DNA of 64,000 bases from an uncultured Bacteroidota bacterium (lineage in GTDB: Bacteria; Bacteroidota; Bacteroidia; JABEUT01). Below the pieces are notes generated by a model that saw only the letters and a program-made list of their open reading frames with translations, did no database searches and was not told the DNA's origin. The translations under genes were made by a program, and so were the position numbers. Below, in pieces: positions 56,020 through 64,000 of the stretch. The stretch lies in contig CAIPDV010000049.1 in the NCBI GenBank assembly GCA_903863935.1, forward strand, positions 1,893-65,892, in the 5' to 3' direction. Position 1 is the stretch's first letter. Each line of letters opens with the position of its first letter.

Positions 56020-59000
56020 TTATAGTCCTAAGTTTAATCTTACTCCGTAGCTCTTCGAGCCTGGGTTATTGAAGTAATCTAAACCTTGTCCGTTAGCTGG
56101 TCCTGCTAAACTTGTTTCTGGGTCAACTCCAGGATACTTGGTCCACAATACCGGATTGTTTGCAAACACGGTGATTGTAACGTTTGTAAAGTGAGCTTTT
56201 CTAACCCATCTTTCAGGAAGTCTGTAAGCTAAGTTGATTTGGCTAATACGAACAAAAGAACCATCAACCACGTTTGGTGATGTTGGGCCAATAAAGCTGC
56301 TTCCGATATTCTGCCAGTAGTATTCATTGTATGCAGTAGGAATACTTGCAGTAGTTCCTGCACCTGCAGCTGTTGTAGTAGGAGAAGTGTTATGTACAAT
56401 GTTACCTTGAATATCAAGGTGACCTAACACACCGCTAAAAGTAGTAGCCTGGTTACGGTTTTCAGTAGTAGCATCAGCACCAAAATACTGTAGTGCTCCC
56501 TGAGTACCATCCCAGATAGAACCACCTTGACGGGTAGTAATAATAACACCAAGAGATATACCTTTAAAAGAGAAGGTATTGGTCATTCCACCAATCCATC
56601 TTGGTTGGATATTTCCAAGTGCAACGCTCTTAGAACCCGGAATTGGCATTCCGTATCCTGCATCGCCTGGGTTATCGTCAATTACTAACTGACCTCCGGA
56701 ACGGATATAATCTGTTCCATAAATTACACCAAATGGTTGGCCAGGTAATGCTTCAATTGATGCATTTTGGAAACCTGCAATTAAGAGTTCATTAACACCG
56801 TTTGCCAATGAAACAACTTCACTTGAGTTATGACTCCAGTTTAAACCCAGATCCCATTGGAATCCGTTTTTGCATTTAACCGGGGTTGTGTTCAAGGTAA
56901 TTTCTTCTCCTTTGTTGGTAACTTCAGCAGCATTCGCTTCTTCAGCAGCAAAACCGGTAGCATAAGAAACAGGAACCTGGAAGATTCCATCGGTGGTTTT
57001 TTCTGAATAATAAGTGAAGCTTACGCTGATTCTGTTGTCGAAGAAAGCGAGGTCAGTTCCAAGCTCCAATGAATTGGTTCTTTCAGGAACCAGATTTGGA
57101 CCACCCATTACGCTTGTTCCGTTACTAAGTTCAAATCCTAAAATACCATTGTAAGGGAATGTAATACCGCTAGTAAATCCATCAGCAATTGCAGGAGAAT
57201 GCAAAGAGGTTAATAAAGCCTCCGATGGAGCATCTTTACCTACATCAGCATAAGAAATCCTGATTTTTCCATAAGGAAGGATCTTGTTAGTATTCATTTT
57301 CATGGTTTCAGTGAACACCCATGCTAAACTGGCAGATGGATAAAAGAACACATCACTGTTTACAGGAAGGGTAGATGAGGTTTCATCTCTTCCGGTTAAG
57401 GTCAGGAACAATTGGCTCTTATAATCCAAAACTGCTTCACCATACCATGCTGAAGTACGTCTTCCTCCTTCACCTTCTGATGCTACGTATGCCGTAGCAT
57501 TTGACATGTCTAAGAAGTGCGGGATAACGAAGTTAGAACCGTTAGCAAAGCGGACTTGGTTTGATAAGTTAAAGTAGTTCTGGCCTAATACTACTGAGAA
57601 CTTGAAGTTATCACTGATAGTGTGTTTAATGTTAACGATAAAATCTGAGTTCAACTGGCTGTTAAAGTAGTCTGCCATATAGATTCCTCCTGCGCCTCCT
57701 AATGCATTGGAACCGATATCATAAACGTTCTTATCATCCTGTGAATACATATCACCGCCCAATCTCCAGGTAAGGTCTACTGTTGTTTTGGATTTGTTGA
57801 TCAGGTTATAATCAGCTTGTCCGAAACCATAGATACGGTTAACTGTTGATACGAATGGATTTTGGTTAACAGTCCAGTATGGGTTATCATAACCGCCTCC
57901 ACCACGGTAATCTCTTTCAGAACCATTTGGATCTGGAAGTTCAAAAATAGCAGTATTGGTAGGGTTTGAGTTTCCATAGCCATTTGAGTTGTCAAAGGTT
58001 GGTGGAGTACGCATTAAACCTAACATAACGCCGGAAATGTTTGAACCTTGCTGAACTTTGTTGGTAACTGATTCAGTATAATTGGCACCGGCAGAAATTT
58101 TTAACCTTTTGCTGAGTGCGGTTGATCCATTGATGTTAAAAGTGTTTTTAACATATTTGCTCAATGGAACGATACCTGTTTGGGTAAGGTTACCAAGCGA
58201 CATACGGAAACTTGCATTGTCAGAACCTCCTGAGAAGGAAATGTTATTATCTGCAGCAACACCGGTTTTGAAGAAATCGTAAGGACTATAAGTATTAGCT
58301 TGTTTTAAGCCAGAGGTATAACCGGGTCCGCCTTTGGTTACAATTGTTCCGTTAGGGTTGTATGAACCAATGTAGCTATTGCCTGCATTTGAGGTAGTAT
58401 CTCTGTAGAATAAGCTATCAGCGATATGTGGACCCCATGAAAATTTCTTGTTTGAACCACCTGATGTTGGGCCACGGTAAACAAAATTGTTTCCTTGTCC
58501 AAACGTGCTTTGCAGGTCAGGCACCTTGTTATAAGTGCTCCAGGTTTCAGAACTGTTAAATTCAATTCCTAACCCGGCATGGTTTTTACCACCTTTTTTG
58601 GTTGTGATGATAAGTGCACCGCTGGCTGCTTGTATACCATACAATGCTGTTGCAGCAGGGCCTTTCAATACGGTGATTGATTCAATATCGCTGGGGTTGA
58701 TATCCAGACCACGGTTAGTTGGCTGGGTTCCACCAGTTAGGTTACCGCTTGGGCCACCCGCTAAAAAGCCTGCAAAGGTAGGGTCGTAGTTATTAATTGA
58801 GTTATCGATTGGAACACCATCTACAACAATAAGCGGTTGGTTATTTCCGGTTAAGGATGTAACACCGCGAAGGTTCATGTAAGTACCAGCTCCCGGGTCG
58901 CCCGCTGCACTGATAACGGTAAGACCGGAAACTTTACCTTCCAGTTCATTCATTACGTTACTGGTTCCTGATGTGTTTACATCTCCGCCGCCAATTACCT

Positions 59001-59367
59001 GGGTCGCGGTTCCAATTGATTTCTTTTCTACTCCAATGCCGAGTGCTGTTACAACAACTTCAGACAAGCCTAATGCATCTGTTTTCATGGTAATCTGCAT
59101 GTTGTCAGAAATCGGAGCTTCCTGGCTTTTCATGCCGGGATAGCTAAGTACTAAGGTCTTGGCGGTAGAATCAACAGCAAGGTTGAATTTACCGGAAGTG
59201 TCTGTGTACGTACCGATTGTGGTTCCTTTTACTTGAACAGCCATATATGGAACGGCTTTGCCGCCCTCATCTTTTACTGTTCCCTGAATTACGCGTGTTT
59301 GTGCGCTTGCAAACCCGAACCATAGCAGGGCCGCAATTGTTGCCGTTAGGCGTAGCATTTGTCTCAT
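56020..59367 (-). CDS. SusC/RagA-family TonB-linked outer-membrane transporter
   Basis: 1115 aa. CarboxypepD_reg N-domain, plug, and C-terminal ...SYGVRLNLGL. No STN signalling extension. Confidence 0.88.
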   Translation of the reverse strand: MRQMLRLTATIAALLWFGFASAQTRVIQGTVKDEGGKAVPYMAVQVKGTTIGTYTDTSGKFNLAVDSTAKTLVLSYPGMKSQEAPISDNMQITMKTDALGLSEVVVTALGIGVEKKSIGTATQVIGGGDVNTSGTSNVMNELEGKVSGLTVISAAGDPGAGTYMNLRGVTSLTGNNQPLIVVDGVPIDNSINNYDPTFAGFLAGGPSGNLTGGTQPTNRGLDINPSDIESITVLKGPAATALYGIQAASGALIITTKKGGKNHAGLGIEFNSSETWSTYNKVPDLQSTFGQGNNFVYRGPTSGGSNKKFSWGPHIADSLFYRDTTSNAGNSYIGSYNPNGTIVTKGGPGYTSGLKQANTYSPYDFFKTGVAADNNISFSGGSDNASFRMSLGNLTQTGIVPLSKYVKNTFNINGSTALSKRLKISAGANYTESVTNKVQQGSNISGVMLGLMRTPPTFDNSNGYGNSNPTNTAIFELPDPNGSERDYRGGGGYDNPYWTVNQNPFVSTVNRIYGFGQADYNLINKSKTTVDLTWRLGGDMYSQDDKNVYDIGSNALGGAGGIYMADYFNSQLNSDFIVNIKHTISDNFKFSVVLGQNYFNLSNQVRFANGSNFVIPHFLDMSNATAYVASEGEGGRRTSAWYGEAVLDYKSQLFLTLTGRDETSSTLPVNSDVFFYPSASLAWVFTETMKMNTNKILPYGKIRISYADVGKDAPSEALLTSLHSPAIADGFTSGITFPYNGILGFELSNGTSVMGGPNLVPERTNSLELGTDLAFFDNRISVSFTYYSEKTTDGIFQVPVSYATGFAAEEANAAEVTNKGEEITLNTTPVKCKNGFQWDLGLNWSHNSSEVVSLANGVNELLIAGFQNASIEALPGQPFGVIYGTDYIRSGGQLVIDDNPGDAGYGMPIPGSKSVALGNIQPRWIGGMTNTFSFKGISLGVIITTRQGGSIWDGTQGALQYFGADATTENRNQATTFSGVLGHLDIQGNIVHNTSPTTTAAGAGTTASIPTAYNEYYWQNIGSSFIGPTSPNVVDGSFVRISQINLAYRLPERWVRKAHFTNVTITVFANNPVLWTKYPGVDPETSLAGPANGQGLDYFNNPGSKSYGVRLNLGL

Positions 59368-59412
59368 GGAGGATAGTGTTTTGGTTAATAAATGTTAAAA
59401 TTGAATAAAAGG

Positions 59413-59420
59413 CAAATGTA
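59413..59420 (-). promoter_or_regulatory. candidate -7 box TACATTTG for susC-like/susD-like
   Basis: Matches TAnnTTTG, about 46 nt upstream of the ATG. Confidence 0.3.
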
Positions 59421-59584
59421 TAAATATTTTGTAATACACGAAACGATTGATGTTTTTTTATGTTAAAGACAATGTTAATTATTAACAATGATGTATTTAA
59501 TTTCAAGTATTAGATTATGAGATATTTATATTAATTTCTAGAAAAATATTTTTACCTGTATACTACCAAATTGTTAATAACAAA

Positions 59585-59612
59585 AGAAAAAAGTCCGCCA
59601 AAGGCGGACTTT
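59585..59612 (-). terminator. intrinsic terminator after the DUF2723 gene
   Basis: Minus strand: aagtccgcc-ttt-ggcggactt followed by tttttt. Confidence 0.6.
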
Positions 59613-59655
59613 AAAAATGAGCAATTTGGGTCTTTTAAGAGATTCAACTCTTAAT

Positions 59656-62600
59656 TTACTGCCTGGTAATATATTTCAGGTATCCCATTTTATTGAGTTT
59701 TTGCAACCTGTCCTGAAACTTCTTTTCAAGCGCATCTTGCTTGTATTGTTGGGTGTAGAGCGTAAGTTGTTGCAATATTACCTCATAATTCTGGGTTTCC
59801 TCACCATAATATATGGCAGCGTTACCGGTTAGTGAATTATAATAGATAAGGTCCTTCTCGAATATTCCGAACAGCTTTTCAGCCAGAGCATTGGCTTTTG
59901 CAGTTGCACCAACTTCGTAAAAAGTTCTTGTCATCATTACCACAGAGCCATCGTATGGGCAACTTTCCTCTGAGATAGAGTCCATACAGATAGTAAGCAC
60001 TTTAAGGGCTGAATCCTTTTTGTTTTGCGCTAATAAGGAGTTTGCAAGGGTATTTGCCTGGTATCGCATCGTTATTGCCATCCGGCAGATATTCTCATCT
60101 AGGTAAATACCTTTATCCATATTACCCCAACGGAATTTATGCACCCAATTGTCATACATAACATCAGTATTTACCGCCGGTTCGCGGTTTACATTGCCTT
60201 TACTCTTAAATGGTGTAAGAACAAAGACCAAGCCATGTAACTGGAAATAGTTTTGAAGGCCGATATACGCTTCGGAGCCTGAAGAAACTGCAAAACACAG
60301 AGGCCTCTTCCAATCGTTATGAGCAATAGCATCAAGTTCCAGCAGGTTGCTGCGCATAATGTTGTTGCCAGGCATATCCCAGGTAATTTCAGAAGGAATG
60401 CTATCCACCATATTCTTAGGAATGATACCACTCTTAATGGCTTCTGCTTTATTTACAGGAATCTTGAACTTCTTTGTAGGAAGGAAGTTTTCCATTTTCT
60501 GGTTAGATAGTTCAATCTTGTCGTTGTCATTATCACTCTTAATGAATTCAACTACATCAGCCAGGTTATTGTAATGACCGGAGAATTTAGAGCCCGGTGC
60601 ATCATAATATAAGAGGTAATCGCGGGTACCTTCCCTGTATTGGTCGTGGGTCATTGAAAATGGCATCCTCTCAGATTCGTATGCTTTGTGGTTCATCTGG
60701 TCAACATACCACGCCATACCCATGAGTTCCATATTACATACGCGTACATCTGTACGGATTCCTTCCACTTCCTGTGCATACCAAAGTGGGAAAGTGTCAT
60801 TATCACCGGCGGTGAAGAGGATTGCATTCTTCGGGCAAGATTCAAGATAGTCAATAGCAAAATCACGGGTTGTATAACGTTTTGAACGGTCATGATCATC
60901 CCATTCGGCGTGAGCCATTAAAGCAGGAACTACCATACATCCTAATGTAGTAAGGATTGCAAGTCCTTTTGTACCGTCGCCTTTCGCTATTCTCTTGGAT
61001 AAGAAATCATACAATGCAAGTGCACCAAAACCAACCCAAATAGAGAATGCGAAGAAACTTCCTACATAGGAATAGTCACGCTCCCTCGGTTCGTGCGGTT
61101 TTTGATTCAGGAAAAGTATGATAGCCAATCCGGTGAAGAAGAACATAACCAAAACTATTGTGAAACGCTTCGGATCTTTCTTAGCCATGTAAAAGAAGCC
61201 TAGTAATCCGAACAGGAATGGAATACCATACATTACATTACGGGCCTTGTTTTTGGCCAGTTCATCAGGCATGTTATCCTGAGGTTGCCTCATACTATCA
61301 ATAAATGGTATACCTGTAATGAAGTTGCCATGTAGGTTATCAGGTGGGTCAACACCTTGAATGTCGTTCTGACGGCCACAGAAATCCCATAACAGATAAC
61401 GGAAATACATTAAACCAACCTGGTAGCGGATAAAGTATTCAAGGTTATCACGGAAGAATCCCGGACGTTCGATAATAGATTTTTTGCCTTCGGCGTCGGT
61501 GTAAGGTACTTTATCGTAATCATCACCAGTCCAGTTTTTATATTCCTGTGGATGGCCTTCTGATGCATCCCACATACGTGTGAATAGAGTGCTGAAATCT
61601 TTTGCAAAAACAGGGGTTTCATTGCGGGAGATCTCAATGTATTTCTTTTTGCCTTCAGCTTTCTCGTATACAGGTCCATTATCTTTTTCGCTCACTACAG
61701 GAGCAGTAAAGTATGGTCCGTATAAAACCGGGAAGTCGCCATATTGTTTACGGTCAAGATAATCATGAAGCATGATGGTATCACTAGGCCTGTCTTCATT
61801 CAACGGAGTATCGGCATTTGCACGGATAACCAGCATTACGAATGAACAATAACCAACAATAAGCACTGCGGCCGACATAAAGGCAGTATGGGTTCCGGCC
61901 TTGTTGTTCTTTTTGCTGTATATAAGCCCCCAAACAATAAAGGCTGCAATGGCCAAGCCATAAATGAGTACACCGCTATTGAAGGGCAATCCCATCGAGT
62001 TTACAAAAAACAATTCAAACCAGGTAGCTACATTAATAAGTCCGGGAATAACCAATGATTTAACCGAACCTAACAATACAATTGCTGCAATGGATGCCGC
62101 TAAAAGTTTCTGGCTTTCCGGCTTTTTTGTGAAAATGTTTAACAGTCCGGTAAACCATTTTGGGGTGGTGCTGTTTTGGTGTTCACGGTAAAAATAAAGG
62201 AAGGTAATAGCCGGAATAACCAGTATGCAAAGCATGTGTACACCAATCGACAAACCAATTAAAAAGCTAATAAGGATAACCCAACGTTCTGGTTCTTTTG
62301 ATCTTGCCATTTTAGTACCACACCAAAACATAAGTGTAGAGAAACATAGCGATGCTGACCATACCGAAGCTTCGGTGGCAGAAAACCAAAATGAATCGGC
62401 GAAGATGAAACTGAGTGAACCAACAAGGGCTGCTCCAAACACCGCATACATATTAGCTTCGGTAAGCTCGCCCTTTTGGGTCATGGCTTTCTTGGCAAAA
62501 TAACTGATGCTCCAGAAAAGGAACAAAATAGTGAGGGAACTAAGTGTGGCACAACTACGGTTGATGATGGGGGCTACCTTATGTACATCGCCAAAACTGA

Positions 62601-62805
62601 GCAACGACACAACGTGCTGAAACAATTGAAGGAAAGGCTCACCGGGTGGGTGGCCAATTTCAAGTTTGTAATAGATAGACAGGTTTTCGCTGCAATCCCA
62701 AAAACTGGCTGTGGGCTCTACGGTGCTCCAGTAAACAAATACGGCAACTGCGAACACACACCACCCAATAATGGTATTTAACTTCTTATATTTTTCTTCA
62801 ATCAT
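59656..62805 (-). CDS. DUF2723 (GT117, TMEM260-like) polytopic glycosyltransferase-like protein
   Basis: 1049 aa. N-terminus WSTVEPTASFWDCSENLSIYYKLEIGHPPGEP, many TM segments, large C-terminal TPR-like part. Confidence 0.75.
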   Translation of the reverse strand: MIEEKYKKLNTIIGWCVFAVAVFVYWSTVEPTASFWDCSENLSIYYKLEIGHPPGEPFLQLFQHVVSLLSFGDVHKVAPIINRSCATLSSLTILFLFWSISYFAKKAMTQKGELTEANMYAVFGAALVGSLSFIFADSFWFSATEASVWSASLCFSTLMFWCGTKMARSKEPERWVILISFLIGLSIGVHMLCILVIPAITFLYFYREHQNSTTPKWFTGLLNIFTKKPESQKLLAASIAAIVLLGSVKSLVIPGLINVATWFELFFVNSMGLPFNSGVLIYGLAIAAFIVWGLIYSKKNNKAGTHTAFMSAAVLIVGYCSFVMLVIRANADTPLNEDRPSDTIMLHDYLDRKQYGDFPVLYGPYFTAPVVSEKDNGPVYEKAEGKKKYIEISRNETPVFAKDFSTLFTRMWDASEGHPQEYKNWTGDDYDKVPYTDAEGKKSIIERPGFFRDNLEYFIRYQVGLMYFRYLLWDFCGRQNDIQGVDPPDNLHGNFITGIPFIDSMRQPQDNMPDELAKNKARNVMYGIPFLFGLLGFFYMAKKDPKRFTIVLVMFFFTGLAIILFLNQKPHEPRERDYSYVGSFFAFSIWVGFGALALYDFLSKRIAKGDGTKGLAILTTLGCMVVPALMAHAEWDDHDRSKRYTTRDFAIDYLESCPKNAILFTAGDNDTFPLWYAQEVEGIRTDVRVCNMELMGMAWYVDQMNHKAYESERMPFSMTHDQYREGTRDYLLYYDAPGSKFSGHYNNLADVVEFIKSDNDNDKIELSNQKMENFLPTKKFKIPVNKAEAIKSGIIPKNMVDSIPSEITWDMPGNNIMRSNLLELDAIAHNDWKRPLCFAVSSGSEAYIGLQNYFQLHGLVFVLTPFKSKGNVNREPAVNTDVMYDNWVHKFRWGNMDKGIYLDENICRMAITMRYQANTLANSLLAQNKKDSALKVLTICMDSISEESCPYDGSVVMMTRTFYEVGATAKANALAEKLFGIFEKDLIYYNSLTGNAAIYYGEETQNYEVILQQLTLYTQQYKQDALEKKFQDRLQKLNKMGYLKYITRQ

Positions 62806-63008
62806 AGTTAAAAGCGTATAGTTCCGACATATAAGCCGGGGCTTATTAAAGGCGGCGAAGGTAATAAATTATTCAAATATGGGGGGAAGCCTGAGCCTGA
62901 CAGGCAATTATCAAAAATAACGCTTGCCCGTCCGTTTCGGTCGGGGCTTATATCGGCTTATTTTGGTCGGAGATTAAAAGGTTAGTTGGGCAAAAGGATA
63001 CAGGAGAG

Positions 63009-63159
63009 TTGCCACGACCTTTAGGTCGTGGATAAGATTGCGCCCTTACATTGGCTTTAGCCTAACAATTTCAACTTAGGAGAGTAGAATTCTAATTAGG
63101 CTAAAGCCAATACTTGTTGTTTTATAATCCACGACCTAAAGGTCGTGGCAACTAAAAAA
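63009..63159 (+). repeat. MITE-like nested-palindrome element, copy 2
   Basis: Same termini and inner ggctttagcctaa/ttaggctaaagcc arms as 5409-5556, with a divergent interior. Confidence 0.75.
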
Positions 63160-63260
63160 TAACGGCTATATCGGCTTATTTATAGGGCACTGATTTCAAA
63201 TCAGCACCTATGGGGGTTAATGACACGCGTGATTAAATTCCCAAATCCATTTAAGAATCT

Positions 63261-63449
63261 CTACCAGGTAACAAGTGCCGTTGCAATAAATGAATATTTA
63301 ATCGGGTCATAATTAGAAACAGTTAGGGTGTGACTAAGGGATGCAATTGTTCCCGATTTCTTTATAGCTAGTTGGATTTCATTTTCTAATTTCTCCATTG
63401 CTTTTTCCGGGGTAGATGCCTTGCATACAAAATGCTTCACTTTCATCAT
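63261..63449 (-). CDS. small hypothetical protein in an AT-rich island
   Basis: 62-aa ORF only; no recognisable motif. Confidence 0.3.
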   Translation of the reverse strand: MMKVKHFVCKASTPEKAMEKLENEIQLAIKKSGTIASLSHTLTVSNYDPIKYSFIATALVTW

Positions 63450-63528
63450 AGTAATAATGTAATATTATTGCAAAGATATAATTAATTTTTGCCTTAGAAC
63501 TCTTCCACAACTGGAAAAATATACAAGA

Positions 63529-64000
63529 TTAATTGCAATCATTAAATCTATGCATAGCTTTAAAAGTACATCCAACGTTTAAAGTAGAACCTACAGTTTC
63601 GTCATTTCTCAAATTAATATAATTTGGAAATATTGAATAATTAAAATGAATAAAATGTTCTTTTTTAAAGTAATCTAAATAAAATACTACTCCATAAAAT
63701 TTCAGGGAACGATAATTCACTTTACAGAAATCACCCACAGTCATTTTCACTTCTAAAGTAATTGGTACGATATGATCTGGGAAAATGGTTGGTTCAAACG
63801 ATTTCTTTTTAAATAATAGTGTATCTATAGGTAATGAATCATATGAACATGTAAAAGATATACGCATATTATATGCAGGTGTTTTCCCTATATTATGAAT
63901 ATTTATTTGAATATTATCCGCAAGGGCATTATCATTCACAATACACCATAATGGTTTGGTAGTTGGCTCCAATGAAAGAAAAGCTCTATTTTCTATACAT
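63529..64000 (-). CDS. hypothetical protein; 5' end probably beyond the window
   Basis: The frame stays open upstream of the track's TTG start (…CIENRAFLSLEPTTKPLW) to base 64000. Very AT-rich. Confidence 0.45.
   Translation of the reverse strand, partial: CIENRAFLSLEPTTKPLWCIVNDNALADNIQINIHNIGKTPAYNMRISFTCSYDSLPIDTLLFKKKSFEPTIFPDHIVPITLEVKMTVGDFCKVNYRSLKFYGVVFYLDYFKKEHFIHFNYSIFPNYINLRNDETVGSTLNVGCTFKAMHRFNDCN

Noticed and set aside
53864-59367. ECF sigma/anti-sigma as the trans-envelope signalling partner of the SusC/SusD pair
   Set aside because: SusC lacks the N-terminal STN signalling domain. The anti-sigma factor is RskA-like rather than FecR-like. A strong terminator (54472-54510) separates the two units.
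63183-63215. Anticodon-arm-like hairpin ctga-tttcaaa-tcag (UCA in the loop), possibly a tRNA fragment or att site
   Set aside because: There is no acceptor stem, D arm or GGTTCGAATCC-type T arm nearby, so it is not a tRNA. The att-site remnant idea cannot be supported from the sequence alone.

Overview
About 40% GC chromosomal segment. It looks like Bacteroidota: T9SS C-terminal sorting domains, a SusC/SusD pair, a PorX-type regulator and TAnnTTTG -7 boxes. Most of it is housekeeping: proS, nrdJ, ald, tsaE, porX, rpmE, sucC, accC, lspA, a dksA-like gene, ileS, ridA, parE, wecB, bcp, msrA, an ECF sigma/anti-sigma pair, an ABC-2 exporter and a DUF2723 glycosyltransferase-like gene. I found no rRNA, tRNA or CRISPR. 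The unusual content lies between and at the edges of these genes. (1) A lone IS200-like HUH tyrosine transposase (RAYT-like) sits inside ordered arrays of short GC-rich hairpin repeats and a 51-52 bp tandem array. A beta-propeller surface protein that lacks the T9SS sorting domain carried by its paralogue ends directly against this locus. (2) There are at least eight unrelated short repeat families. They include a 150-bp MITE-like element in two copies, an inverted pair bracketing tsaE, 42-bp direct repeats bracketing a toxin-antitoxin cassette, and a heptanucleotide microsatellite. (3) Two secreted proteins have Trp/Tyr/Gly-rich cores and Gln/Asn/Gly low-complexity tails. One is in a two-gene operon with a FadL-like barrel that ends in a poly-proline tail. 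(4) ileS is oversized and carries an AT-rich patch over its editing-domain region. (5) A DksA/TraR protein has a histone-H1-like N-terminal half. (6) An unannotated 51-codon ORF fills the sucC-accC gap. (7) A very AT-rich island begins at the right edge of the window. I cannot point to a complete, clearly novel multi-gene system. The RAYT/repeat locus and the low-complexity lipoprotein plus barrel operon are the best candidates. All functional calls come from reading the translations and recalling motifs; no searches were run.
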